Origin: Streptomyces sp. NPDC059134
GTDB lineage: Bacteria; Actinomycetota; Actinomycetes; Streptomycetales; Streptomycetaceae
Assembly: GCF_042755905.1 (NCBI RefSeq)
Contig: NZ_JBHZDG010000025.1
Span: 1,176-25,175, forward strand
Direction: 5' to 3'
DNA length: 24,000 bases
The position numbers and the translations under genes are program-made. Of the stretch, positions 9,200 through 18,795 are shown one piece after another (positions within the stretch are counted from its first letter, which is position 1; every line of letters starts with the position of its first letter). The notes beneath the pieces were generated by a model. It was not told the DNA's origin, searched no databases, and saw only the letters and a program-made list of their open reading frames with translations.

Positions 9200-9215
9200 A
9201 GACGGGAACGACTGG

Positions 9216-11738
9216 GTGACGAGCGTCGAAGAGACCACCGAAAAGGCAGACTCGGGACCCAGCGGTTATGCGGCGGCCCGGCTGCGCCTCCTCCAGGAGA
9301 AGGCGCGGCCAGGGCCGCCGCGCCGTACCGCGCTGGCCCGTCTCACCGACGACTGGCTGAACGCGCTGTTCACCACCGCCGCCCAGGAGACCGGGGTACG
9401 CGGCGCGGCCCTGGTCGCCGTCGGCGGCTACGGACGGGGCGAACTCTCCCCGCGCAGCGATCTCGACCTCGTGCTCCTGCACGACGGCAAGACGCCCGCG
9501 AAGGCGATCGCCGCCCTCGCCGACCGCGTCTGGTACCCCGTCTGGGACCTCGGCCTCGCCCTCGACCACTCCGTACGCACCCCCGCGGAGGCGCGCAGAA
9601 CCGCCGCCGAGGACCTCAAGGCGCAGCTCGGCCTGCTCGACGCCCGGCACGTTGCCGGAGACCTCGGCCTCGTCACCGGCGTACGCACCGCGATCCTCGC
9701 CGACTGGCGCAACACCGCCCCCAAGCGCCTGCCCGAACTGGACGAACTGTGCCGGGAACGGGCCGAGCGCCAGGGCGAACTGCAGTTCCTCCTGGAACCC
9801 GACCTCAAGGAGGCCAGGGGCGGACTGCGCGACGCCACCGCGCTGCGCGCCGTCGCCGCCTCCTGGCTCGCCGACGCGCCCCGCGAGGGTCTCGGCGACG
9901 CCCGTCGCAAGCTGCTCGACGCCCGCGACGCCCTGCATCTGGCCACCGGACGCGCCACCGACCGGCTCGCCCTCCAGGAACAGGACGCCGTCGCCGCCGA
10001 ACTCGGCCTGCTCGACGCCGACGCCCTGCTCCGCCAGGTGTACGAGGCCGCGCGCACCGTCTCGTACGCCTCCGACGTCACCTGGCGCGAGGTCAACCGC
10101 GTCCTGCGCTCCCGCTCCGTGCGGCCCCGGCTGCGCGCCATGCTGGGCGGCAGGCCCGCCCCGGACCGCACCCCGCTCGCCGAGGGCGTCGTCGAGCAGG
10201 ACGGCGAGGTCGTCCTCGCACGCACCGCCCGGCCCGAACGCGACCCGGTGCTGCCGCTGCGGGCCGCGGCCGCCGCCGCCCAGGCCGGGCTGCCCATCTC
10301 CCTGCACGCCGTACGCCGCCTCGCCCAGGCGGCGAAACCCCTGCCGGTTCCGTGGCCCGCCGAGGCCCGCGAGGAGCTGGTCACCCTGCTCGGGGCGGGC
10401 GAGTCGACCATTCCGGTCTGGGAGGCCCTCGAAGCCGAAGGGCTGATCAGTCAGCTCCTGCCCGACTGGGAGCGGGTACGGTGCCGGCCCCAGCGCAACC
10501 CCGTCCACACCTGGACCGTCGACCGCCACCTGGTCGAGGCCGCCGTCCAGGCGTCCTCGCTCACCCGCCGCGTCGGCCGCCCCGACCTGCTGCTCGTCTG
10601 CGCCCTCCTGCACGACATCGGCAAGGGCTGGCCCGGTGACCACTCCGTGGCCGGCGAGGTCATCGCCCGCGATGTCGCCGCCCGCATCGGCTTCGACCGC
10701 GAGGACGTCGCCGTCGTCGCCGCCGTCGTACGCCACCACCTGCTGCTCGTCGACACCGCCACCCGCCGTGACCTGGACGACCCGGCGACCGTCAGCTCCG
10801 TCGCCACCCGCGTCGGCTCGCTCGCCACCCTGGAACTCCTGCACGCCCTCACCGAGGCCGACGCGCTCGCCACCGGCCCCGCGGCCTGGTCCTCCTGGCG
10901 TTCCTCCCTCGTCACCGACCTGGTCACGCGCGTCGCCGCCGTGCTCGCCGGTGACGACCCGGCGGAGCCCGAGCCCTCCGCGCCCAGCGCCGAACAGGAA
11001 CGGCTCGCCGTCGAGGCGCTGCGCACCGGCGGTCCCGTACTGGCCCTGCACGCGCAGACCGAGGCCCCCCGCCCGGGGGGCGCGCAGGACGAGCAGGAGG
11101 ACGGGGCGCCGGAACCGGTCGGTGTCGAACTGCTCATCGCCCTGCCCGACCAGCCCGGCGTGCTGCCCGCGGCGGCCGGGGTGCTCGCCCTGCACCGGCT
11201 CACCGTGCGCGCCGCCGACCTGCGCGCCGTCGAACTGCCGGGCGAGCTGGCCGCCCGGCAGTTCGAGCCGGACGGCGGACCGGGGGCGGGGGCGGCGCCG
11301 GCCGGGACCACCGGCGTCCTGCTGCTGAGCTGGCGCGTCGCCGCCGCGTACGGCTCGCTTCCGCAGGCGGCCAGGCTCCGCGCCGACCTCGTACGGGCCC
11401 TGGACGGCTCCCTGGACATCCCGGCCCGGCTCGCCGAGCGCGAGGCCGCCTACCCCCGCCGCCGCGGCGTCACGGCCCCGCCGCCGCGTGTGACGGTGGC
11501 GCCGACGGCCTCCCGGCACGCCACGGTCATCGAGGTACGCGCACAGGACGCCCCAGGCCTGCTGCACCGCATCGGCCGCGCCCTGGAGGACGCGCGGGTG
11601 ATGGTGCGCAGCGCCCATGTGTCGACCCTGGGCGCCAACGCCGTCGACGCCTTCTACGTCACCTCCGACCGTGGACGCCCGTTGACGGCGGAGGCCGCCA
11701 CGGAGCTGGCCCGCGCGGTGGAGACCGCCCTGCGCTGA
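9216..11738 (+). CDS. glnD: PII uridylyl/adenylyl-transferase GlnD
   Basis: I chose GTG 9216, just after the glnK stop, giving 840 aa. The ORF-track start at 9120 overlaps glnK. Nucleotidyltransferase motif GGYGRGELSPRSDLDL, HD domain LLHDIGKG, and two C-terminal ACT-like segments. Confidence 0.93.
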   Translation: MTSVEETTEKADSGPSGYAAARLRLLQEKARPGPPRRTALARLTDDWLNALFTTAAQETGVRGAALVAVGGYGRGELSPRSDLDLVLLHDGKTPAKAIAALADRVWYPVWDLGLALDHSVRTPAEARRTAAEDLKAQLGLLDARHVAGDLGLVTGVRTAILADWRNTAPKRLPELDELCRERAERQGELQFLLEPDLKEARGGLRDATALRAVAASWLADAPREGLGDARRKLLDARDALHLATGRATDRLALQEQDAVAAELGLLDADALLRQVYEAARTVSYASDVTWREVNRVLRSRSVRPRLRAMLGGRPAPDRTPLAEGVVEQDGEVVLARTARPERDPVLPLRAAAAAAQAGLPISLHAVRRLAQAAKPLPVPWPAEAREELVTLLGAGESTIPVWEALEAEGLISQLLPDWERVRCRPQRNPVHTWTVDRHLVEAAVQASSLTRRVGRPDLLLVCALLHDIGKGWPGDHSVAGEVIARDVAARIGFDREDVAVVAAVVRHHLLLVDTATRRDLDDPATVSSVATRVGSLATLELLHALTEADALATGPAAWSSWRSSLVTDLVTRVAAVLAGDDPAEPEPSAPSAEQERLAVEALRTGGPVLALHAQTEAPRPGGAQDEQEDGAPEPVGVELLIALPDQPGVLPAAAGVLALHRLTVRAADLRAVELPGELAARQFEPDGGPGAGAAPAGTTGVLLLSWRVAAAYGSLPQAARLRADLVRALDGSLDIPARLAEREAAYPRRRGVTAPPPRVTVAPTASRHATVIEVRAQDAPGLLHRIGRALEDARVMVRSAHVSTLGANAVDAFYVTSDRGRPLTAEAATELARAVETALR

Positions 11739-11996
11739 GCCCGGCCGGGGCGTGCGCAACGGGGCCGGCCCCGGCACCTGGACCGGGCCGGGCCGGGGCG
11801 CGTGGGCGCTGCCGGGGCGACGGTTCCGGTTCCCGGACGCGCCCCGGCCGTACAGGGCGCGCACGGCTCCCGGACGGCCGTGCCACCCACGGGGCAGACC
11901 CCACCGCGCGCGGCCGGATACCCTGGGGGATGGTCTGTCCTTCACCGCGCGGGACAGCCCCCTCATCCGCTCCCGACCTGAGGATCCGCGACCGCC

Positions 11997-13553
11997 GTGT
12001 TCGATACTCTCTCCGACCGCCTCGCAGCCACATTCAAGAGCCTCCGGGGCAAAGGGCGCCTCAGCCCGGAGGACATCGACGCCACGGCCCGCGAGATCCG
12101 TATCGCCCTGCTCGAAGCCGATGTGGCGCTGCCCGTCGTCCGCGCCTTCATCGCCAAGGTCAAGGAGCGCGCGGCCGGCGCGGAGGTCTCCCAGGCGCTG
12201 AACCCCGCCCAGCAGGTCGTCAAGATCGTCAACGAGGAACTGGTCGGCATCCTCGGCGGTGAGACCCGCGTCCTGCGCTTCGCGAAGCAGCCGCCGACCG
12301 TGATCATGCTGGCGGGTCTCCAGGGCGCCGGTAAGACCACCCTGGCCGGAAAGCTCGGCCTCTGGCTCAAGGGCCAGGGGCACACGCCGCTGCTCGTCGC
12401 CTGTGACCTCCAGCGCCCCAACGCCGTCACCCAGCTCTCCGTCGTCGCCGACCGCGCCGGCGTCGCGGTGTACGCGCCGGAGCCGGGCAACGGGGTCGGT
12501 GACCCGGTCAAGGTCGCCAAGGACTCGATCGAGCACGCGAAGACCAAGCAGCACGACGTCGTGATCGTCGACACCGCGGGCCGCCTCGGCATCGACGAGG
12601 AGCTGATGAAGCAGGCCGCGGACATCCGCGACGCCGTCAGCCCCGACGAGGTCCTCTTCGTCGTCGACGCGATGATCGGCCAGGACGCCGTCAACACCGC
12701 GGAGGCATTCCGCGACGGTGTCGGCTTCGACGGCGTGGTGCTCTCCAAGCTCGACGGTGACGCCCGGGGTGGTGCGGCCCTCTCCATCGCGCATGTCACC
12801 GGCAAGCAGATCATGTTCGCCTCCAACGGCGAGAAGCTCGACGAGTTCGACGCGTTCCACCCGGACCGCATGGCGTCCCGCATCCTCGACATGGGTGACC
12901 TGCTCACCCTCATCGAGCAGGCGGAGAAGACGTTCAGCCAGGCCGAGGCCGAGAAGATGGCCTCCAAGCTGGCGAGCAGCAAGGGCGGGAAGGACTTCAC
13001 GCTCGACGACTTCCTGGCCCAGATGGAGCAGGTCAGGAAGATGGGCTCCATCTCCAAGCTGCTCGGCATGCTGCCCGGCATGGGGCAGATCAAGGACCAG
13101 ATCAACAACATCGACGAGAAGGACGTGGACCGCACCGCCGCGATCATCAAGTCGATGACCCCGGCCGAGCGCCAGGACCCGGTCATCATCAACGGCTCGC
13201 GCCGCGCCCGTATCGCCCGGGGTTCCGGTGTCGAGGTCAGCGCCGTGAAGAACCTCGTGGAGCGGTTCTTCGACGCGCGCAAGATGATGTCGAAGATGGC
13301 GCAGGGCGGCGGAATGCCGGGTATGCCGGGCGTCCCGGGGATGGGCGGCGGCCCCGGCCGTACGAAGAAGAAGACCAAGCAGGCCAAGGGCAAGCAGCGC
13401 TCCGGCAACCCGATGAAGCGCAAGGCCGAGGAGCAGGCGGCACTGGCGCGGCGCGAGGAGGCGGCGCAGTCGGGCAACGCGTTCGGACTGCCCGCCGGCG
13501 GCCAGGACAAGAACTTCGAACTGCCCGACGAGTTCAAGAAGTTCATGGGCTGA
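11997..13553 (+). CDS. ffh: Signal recognition particle protein Ffh
   Basis: 518 aa starting MFDTLSDRLAATFKSLRGKGRLS. GTPase motifs GLQGAGKTTLAGKL, DTAGRL and SKLDGDARGG. Methionine-rich M domain followed by a basic tail. Confidence 0.97.
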   Translation: MFDTLSDRLAATFKSLRGKGRLSPEDIDATAREIRIALLEADVALPVVRAFIAKVKERAAGAEVSQALNPAQQVVKIVNEELVGILGGETRVLRFAKQPPTVIMLAGLQGAGKTTLAGKLGLWLKGQGHTPLLVACDLQRPNAVTQLSVVADRAGVAVYAPEPGNGVGDPVKVAKDSIEHAKTKQHDVVIVDTAGRLGIDEELMKQAADIRDAVSPDEVLFVVDAMIGQDAVNTAEAFRDGVGFDGVVLSKLDGDARGGAALSIAHVTGKQIMFASNGEKLDEFDAFHPDRMASRILDMGDLLTLIEQAEKTFSQAEAEKMASKLASSKGGKDFTLDDFLAQMEQVRKMGSISKLLGMLPGMGQIKDQINNIDEKDVDRTAAIIKSMTPAERQDPVIINGSRRARIARGSGVEVSAVKNLVERFFDARKMMSKMAQGGGMPGMPGVPGMGGGPGRTKKKTKQAKGKQRSGNPMKRKAEEQAALARREEAAQSGNAFGLPAGGQDKNFELPDEFKKFMG

Positions 13554-13568
13554 CCGCATCCGCACGGA

Positions 13569-13608
13569 GGGCGGTGGCGCCACGACAGCGGTCCGCGCAC
13601 CACCGCCC
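13569..13608. terminator. Imperfect GC hairpin between convergent ffh and the yhfX-like gene
   Basis: GGGCGGTGG (13569-13577) is complementary to CCACCGCCC (13600-13608), with additional inner GCGC pairing. It sits in a 77-bp convergent gap. There is no clear U-tract. Confidence 0.4.
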
Positions 13609-13630
13609 GATCCGTCGACGACGGTCCTGT

Positions 13631-14812
13631 TCATGAGGCGGCCCCTTCGAGGGCCCGGCCCCGCGCGTCGTACAGCCCCGCCAGCCGGGGCTTTCCGGTG
13701 GAAAGACCGGTGACGACGGCGACGGTCGAGCGGGTGACGAAGATCTGCGTACGGAACGCCAGGACGGCGGTGTCCCCGGCCGCGACCCCGCCGGGTCCCC
13801 TGGTGGGCGGCTCCAGCAGGCGGTAGTAGTCGATGTTCTCCGCAGGGGCGTCGCACACCCGAAGGCGCTGTCCCGTACGGGGCAACAGGGCGGCGCGGAC
13901 CCCGGACCGGGCGTAGAACCCGCCGCCGAAGAGCGCGGGCCGGCCGTCCGCGAGCGTGTGGGCGACCTCGGTGACATACACATAGGCGGGCCGCTCCGGT
14001 TGGTGCGGATCCACGGCGTGCAGCGGCGTGGTGCCGGTGAGGGAGTGTCCCGGCTCGCCGTGCGTGGCGCCCACCCCGGCCAGCAGCGGCAACGCCGTCA
14101 CGGACGTCGCGCCCGGGGCGCTGAGGCCCAGCCCCCGATGGCCACGCGCGGCCAGCAGCTCCCGCGCCCTGCGGGCCAGTTCGAAGGTGGCCGTCGGGGC
14201 CGGCAGGCCCGTATCCGGGGCGCACACCACACAGGGGAACGCCGTCACCCCGGCGACCCTGACCGACGGCAGTCCCTCGACCTCGGCGGCGAAACCGTCC
14301 AGCGCGTCCAGCGGCACACCGCCCTCCTGCCCCGGATGGCCGGAGCCCGCCGCGGACTCGATCCGTACGAACACGTCCTGGACGACGCCGAGCCCGCCTG
14401 CCGCGTCCGAGACGGCCCGCGCGTTGGCGAGATCGAAGACCGTGACCGCCTCGGGGCGCCGGGCCAGCATCTCGGGCAGGGCACGGCGCGGGATCTGCAC
14501 GAGATGACCGAGGTTGCCCGCCCGGGCCCCGGCGGCGTACAGAGTCCGCGCCTCGGACAGGTCGATCGCGGCGAACCGGGGAATGTGGCGGGCGACCGCC
14601 CGGATCAGCGCGGGGTTGCGGCCCAACTGCTTGACCACGAACCAGAGCGAGAGCCCCAGCCGTCCCGCCTCGGCCGCGAGCAGCGCCGCGTTGGCCTCCA
14701 CGGCGTCCGCGTCCACGACATAGGTGTCCGGCGGAACGGCGCCCGAGACATGCAGCGCGGTCGCCGTCTCGACGAGCGCGGGGTTACGGGTGAGCACGGT
14801 GTCCAGGAACAC
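13631..14812 (-). CDS. YhfX-like fold-type III PLP enzyme (alanine-racemase N-terminal-domain family)
   Basis: GTG 14812 lies 2 nt after the upstream gene's stop (TGACCGTG) and gives 393 aa. FVVKQLGRNPAL resembles the PLP-lysine motif of alanine-racemase-like barrels. Size and neighbours match E. coli YhfX (from memory). Confidence 0.75.
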   Translation of the reverse strand: MFLDTVLTRNPALVETATALHVSGAVPPDTYVVDADAVEANAALLAAEAGRLGLSLWFVVKQLGRNPALIRAVARHIPRFAAIDLSEARTLYAAGARAGNLGHLVQIPRRALPEMLARRPEAVTVFDLANARAVSDAAGGLGVVQDVFVRIESAAGSGHPGQEGGVPLDALDGFAAEVEGLPSVRVAGVTAFPCVVCAPDTGLPAPTATFELARRARELLAARGHRGLGLSAPGATSVTALPLLAGVGATHGEPGHSLTGTTPLHAVDPHQPERPAYVYVTEVAHTLADGRPALFGGGFYARSGVRAALLPRTGQRLRVCDAPAENIDYYRLLEPPTRGPGGVAAGDTAVLAFRTQIFVTRSTVAVVTGLSTGKPRLAGLYDARGRALEGAAS

Positions 14813-14814
14813 GG

Positions 14815-15918
14815 TCAGCCCTTCAGGTCGCGCAGCGAACGGCGGAGGATGTCGATCACGAGGTCCGCGCCCGCCCGCATGGGGTTGATCCGTACGGTCC
14901 AGTCGGCGAGCCGAGGAGCGTCGTCGAGCGAGGACGCCGACATCCGGTGGACGAGCGGGGCGATCTCGTAGCGGGAGTTGGAACCCACCGGGTACGGCGC
15001 GGCGCCGTACCGCGCGGCGACGGCGGGCAGGTGGCGGGCGACGGGCCGGTCGAGCCGTACCAGCAGACAGCGGTCCTGTGCGTTGGCGATCCGGACCTCC
15101 GCGACCCCCGGTACCTCGCCGGCGGTCAAGCGTCCGGCGACCTCGGCGGACACCCGGGACTGGAGCGCCCACAGCACGGGCACATGGGTGAGCGCGCGCA
15201 ACGCCTCCAGCGCCTGGACTCCCTGGACCTGGCCGCCGCCCGAGTAGTTGTCGGTGCGGACGCGTCCGACCAGATCACGGGCGCCGACGACCGCGCCCAC
15301 CCCCTCGGGGCCGTGCAGCTTGAAGAGGGAGAAGCAGGAGACGTCGGCGCCGAGCTGGACGCCGCAGGCAGGCACGCGCAGCACCGTGTAGTTGTCGTCG
15401 ACGACCGTGCGCACCCCCGCCGCACGGCAGACCGCAAGTACCTCGCCCGGATCGTAGGAGTCCCCGAGCCGCTGCCTGCTGTGCTGGACGTACGCCCAGG
15501 CGAGATCGGTCGACGCCAGGGCCTCGCGGAGCGCCTTGCGGTCGTTGAAGTCGGCCTCGGTGGTGCGGACGCCGAGGCCCCGCAGGGTGACGGCGGTCGT
15601 CCGGTAGACCGGCGCCCGGTGGATCAGCAGTGGATCACCGGGAGAGAGGGCCGCCTGGAGCGCGGCCCGGATCGCGCCCGTACCGGCGCCCTGCACCAGC
15701 GCGGCGTCCTCGGCGCCGAACCAGTCGGCGAGCACGGCCTCGACGCGCGCCGTCGTACGGGGCCGGCCCAGCCCGGTGACCACACCGGCGTCCGCCTCGA
15801 AGAGCTGAGGGCCCTCGAAGTGCGCGGCGGTGTGCTCCAGCAGACTGAACTGGAGCTGGACGGCGTCCTCCAGCGCGATCGTGGGCAGCGGGAAGGTCCG
15901 GGGAAGAGGTGGAGGCAT
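14815..15918 (-). CDS. YhfS-like fold-type I PLP-dependent enzyme
   Basis: ATG 15918 lies 1 nt after the php-like stop (TGAGATG) and gives 367 aa. The blocks ALVQGAGTGAIRA, SCFSLFKLHGPEGVGAVVG (candidate PLP Lys), YSGGGQVQG and RINPMRAG closely parallel my recollection of E. coli YhfS. Confidence 0.8.
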   Translation of the reverse strand: MPPPLPRTFPLPTIALEDAVQLQFSLLEHTAAHFEGPQLFEADAGVVTGLGRPRTTARVEAVLADWFGAEDAALVQGAGTGAIRAALQAALSPGDPLLIHRAPVYRTTAVTLRGLGVRTTEADFNDRKALREALASTDLAWAYVQHSRQRLGDSYDPGEVLAVCRAAGVRTVVDDNYTVLRVPACGVQLGADVSCFSLFKLHGPEGVGAVVGARDLVGRVRTDNYSGGGQVQGVQALEALRALTHVPVLWALQSRVSAEVAGRLTAGEVPGVAEVRIANAQDRCLLVRLDRPVARHLPAVAARYGAAPYPVGSNSRYEIAPLVHRMSASSLDDAPRLADWTVRINPMRAGADLVIDILRRSLRDLKG

Positions 15919-15919
15919 C

Positions 15920-16984
15920 TCAGAACTCCTCGGCGTCGGTGCCCGCGGTCCGGGCGGTGTCGGTGGTACGGCGTGTGTCGGTGTCCTGACGTGTGCCGGG
16001 GGCACGGCGTGTGCCGGTGCCCGTATCGGCGCCGGTCAGGAAGCGCAGCGGGTTGCGGCGGGTCAGCAGATCGATCAGGTCGTCGTCCACGCCCGCCGCG
16101 CGCGCCGCCGGAACGAAGGAGCGGAAGAGATGCCCGTACCCGTGACCGCCCTCCGCCGTCAGATAGCCATGGCGGGAGATGTCGCAGCTCAGCAGGGCCC
16201 GCTCGGCGTACCCCGCGTCCAGCAGGGCCAGCAGCAGCCGCAGACGGGTGCGGTCGCTCTGGTAGCGCTCCTTGCCGATGGTGTCGAACGCGACGTACGC
16301 GCCGCTCGCCGCGATCTCCTGGTGGATCCCCGGATCGTCCAGCAGGTCCTGATGGCCGATCGAGATCCGGTGCGGTGGCAGCCCCGCACCGGTGAGCAGC
16401 TCCAGTTGGGCGAGCCCGCCGTAGCCGAACTGGGCATGGGTGGCGAGGGACAGACCTGTGGCGCGCGCGGCATGGGCCGAGGCGAGCAGCGCACGGCTCT
16501 CGCGTCCGCTCGGCCGGTCGCCGTGGCTGCCGATCTCACCGAGCACACCAGGTCTGACCCCGCTCGCGCCGATGCCGTCCTCGATCTCCCGCACCAGGAT
16601 CTCCGTGAGCCGCTCGACGCTCGCCTCCTCGGTCTCCCGGGGGTGGAACGGCTCGTAGTACCAGCCGGTGGCGGCGACCACCGCGACGCCTGACTCCTCG
16701 GCGATCCGCGCCAGGGCGCGCGGGGCACGGCCCATGCCCCGGCAGGTCAGCTCGATGACCAGGGCGAGCCCGAACTCGGCCGACAACGCGGCCAGTTCGC
16801 CGACCACGGCCGACCGGTGGCGTCCGGCCTCCAGGACGGCGGCGCGCTCACCCGTACGGTCGAGATCGAGCACCAGGTGCTCATGGGTGAGCACCGGGCC
16901 GCGCACGGCGGAGACGGGCAGGGGGCCGGCGACCGTGGTGATCCACGGGCTGGTGGAGGACGAAGCGGGAAGCGGGGAGTGCAT
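15920..16984 (-). CDS. php: Phosphotriesterase homology protein (Php/YhfV-like, amidohydrolase superfamily)
   Basis: ATG 16984 gives 354 aa. Metal-ligand motifs: LTHEHL (HxH), GVLGEIG, THAQ, SIGHQDL, AYVAFDTIGK, LLSCDISR. Carries an extra 38-aa T/D/R/G-rich C-terminal tail. Confidence 0.88.
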   Translation of the reverse strand: MHSPLPASSSTSPWITTVAGPLPVSAVRGPVLTHEHLVLDLDRTGERAAVLEAGRHRSAVVGELAALSAEFGLALVIELTCRGMGRAPRALARIAEESGVAVVAATGWYYEPFHPRETEEASVERLTEILVREIEDGIGASGVRPGVLGEIGSHGDRPSGRESRALLASAHAARATGLSLATHAQFGYGGLAQLELLTGAGLPPHRISIGHQDLLDDPGIHQEIAASGAYVAFDTIGKERYQSDRTRLRLLLALLDAGYAERALLSCDISRHGYLTAEGGHGYGHLFRSFVPAARAAGVDDDLIDLLTRRNPLRFLTGADTGTGTRRAPGTRQDTDTRRTTDTARTAGTDAEEF

Positions 16985-17039
16985 GGGTACCGATGCCTTC
17001 CTGACGGGTCCGTCCGCGCCGGGACGCCGGGTGCCGGTG

Positions 17040-18401
17040 TCAGCTCGTCGGCGGGGTGAACAGGTCGAGCCAGTGGAGAAGGTTGAGCAGGACACCGCCG
17101 GCGACGACCGCGGCGGGCGCCGCCGCCATCCGCACCACCGGTCTGCCCATCGCCTCGTTGAGGAGATAGAGCCCGCCGACGACGAGGATCGCCAGACCGC
17201 CGCCCATCACATGCGCCGCGAGCAGGGAGCCGAAGAGAATCGCCAGCCCCAGCGTCTCCGTGATCGCGGCGCGCAGATGCTCGGAGGAGTCACGCACGCT
17301 CGGGAGTGCGCCGAGAACCCTCCCGAGCGAGGAGAGCGCCAGCACTTCGAGCGCGAGCACCACGGCTCCGGCGCCCGCCGCGAGGAGCGGGTGCGGCAGC
17401 AGATAGCCGAGGGGGTAGACGAGCGTGAACCCGGCGATGCCGTACGCACCGGAGGCGAGCGCGGTCGTCGCGATCAGCGGGACGAAGCCGAACACCCGGT
17501 AGAAGTCGACCTGGGCGGCCTCGCTGTACTGCCCCTTGGCGATCAGGAAGCTGGTCGCCTCTCCGCCGCCGAATATGTGCATCTGTGCCAGGACACAGAC
17601 TCCGGCGCCCAGCACCATGAAGAGCGGCAGATGACGGCGCAGCCGCAGGGCGCTGTCACCGAACAGCGAGGCCATCGGATCGTCCGCGACACCCTCCCGC
17701 TTCTGCCCCTGTTCCGGCCCTTGGGCCCGCTGTTCCCGGGCCCGCTCCTGCTTCCTCCCGAGCAGGTCCTTGCGCACGGCGAACGCGATGAGGAGCAGTA
17801 CCCCCGCCGCCATCGCGAGCGAACCGGCGAAGATCTTCGGCCAGAGCTTCATCGTCATGACGACCAGGGCCAGTTCCAGCACGGCCGCCAGAGCGCCGCG
17901 CGGTCGTCCGAACTGCCGGGCGATGGCGAGCACCGGAAAGAGCGTGAAGAGGAAGAGAATCGGCGTCGACATCTGCTGCAACGCGGTCAGGAAGTCGACG
18001 GGCAGATCGTGCGCCAGGTCGTTGGCGGCGCCGAGGCCGAAGACGACCACCGCGCCCCAGGCGCCGCCCAGCAGCGGCGCTATCCACTTCCTGGGCGACA
18101 GGAGGCCCAGGATGTCGGTGGGGAGAAAGAGAAGCCAGGGATTGAGGACGCCGCTGGCGAGGGCCATGGGCGCGCCGAGTCCGAAGATGAAGCCCGCCGA
18201 GAGCCCGAAGGACACGGCAGTCGTGCCGGAGCGCCTGGCGCGCCCCTGGATGAAGTCGAGCATGAAGGGGCGTACGCCGTCGTTGAAGACGGCCAGCGCC
18301 AAGTGCGAGACGAAGGCGGTCAGCGCGCAGAGACTTACGACGAACAGCTTCTGCGTCAGTGAGAGGTCCAGACGGGTACTGGCTGCGAGGACGGTCTGCA
18401 C
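17040..18401 (-). CDS. YhfT-like polytopic membrane protein (putative transporter)
   Basis: GTG 18401 lies 8 nt after GAGGAG and gives 453 aa. Highly hydrophobic multi-TM protein with a central charged loop (RKDLLGRKQERAREQRAQGPEQGQKRE). Its position after the DUF2620 gene matches the E. coli yhfU-yhfT pairing. Confidence 0.7.
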   Translation of the reverse strand: MQTVLAASTRLDLSLTQKLFVVSLCALTAFVSHLALAVFNDGVRPFMLDFIQGRARRSGTTAVSFGLSAGFIFGLGAPMALASGVLNPWLLFLPTDILGLLSPRKWIAPLLGGAWGAVVVFGLGAANDLAHDLPVDFLTALQQMSTPILFLFTLFPVLAIARQFGRPRGALAAVLELALVVMTMKLWPKIFAGSLAMAAGVLLLIAFAVRKDLLGRKQERAREQRAQGPEQGQKREGVADDPMASLFGDSALRLRRHLPLFMVLGAGVCVLAQMHIFGGGEATSFLIAKGQYSEAAQVDFYRVFGFVPLIATTALASGAYGIAGFTLVYPLGYLLPHPLLAAGAGAVVLALEVLALSSLGRVLGALPSVRDSSEHLRAAITETLGLAILFGSLLAAHVMGGGLAILVVGGLYLLNEAMGRPVVRMAAAPAAVVAGGVLLNLLHWLDLFTPPTS

Positions 18402-18438
18402 AGGGAGGTCTCCTCTGCGGTCCGGCAGGCGGCCGGGG

Positions 18439-18795
18439 TCAGCCGCGCGCCGCGAGAGCGCGGGCCATGAGTGGGGCGAGCACATCGATCTGGTCGATCG
18501 CGAAGCCGAAGACCTTCTTGCCGTCGGCCACCAGCGCGGCCACCTGTTCGTCCGTCGGCACGGAGCGGCCGAAGGTGTGGCAGAGGGGACTGCCCAGCAA
18601 TCCGACGAGGATGCCGAGCGAGGCGCCGGCACCGGTGTGACAGGTGCCCAGGTAGTAGTCGGCCTGGCCGTTCCGGAGTTTCATCGCGGCGTCCATGTCG
18701 TTGGAGACCGAGATCTCCAGACCTTCGAGGCCGAGCCGCGTGACGGTGTCCGCGACCTCGGTCTTGCCGACGCCACCGGTGAGGATCTTCGTCAT
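18439..18795 (-). CDS. YhfU-like small protein (DUF2620 family)
   Basis: 118 aa. NDMDAAMKLRNGQADYYLGTCHTGAGASLG matches my recollection of the conserved YhfU core. The start overlaps the PRD gene stop (ATGA at 18792-18795). Confidence 0.7.
   Translation of the reverse strand: MTKILTGGVGKTEVADTVTRLGLEGLEISVSNDMDAAMKLRNGQADYYLGTCHTGAGASLGILVGLLGSPLCHTFGRSVPTDEQVAALVADGKKVFGFAIDQIDVLAPLMARALAARG

Noticed and set aside
11739-11996. Possible SRP RNA or other ncRNA in the 258-bp glnD-ffh spacer
   Set aside because: I found no recognisable 4.5S/SRP RNA domain IV motif and no tRNA-like T-loop. Only weak GC hairpins are present, which fits a terminator/promoter spacer.
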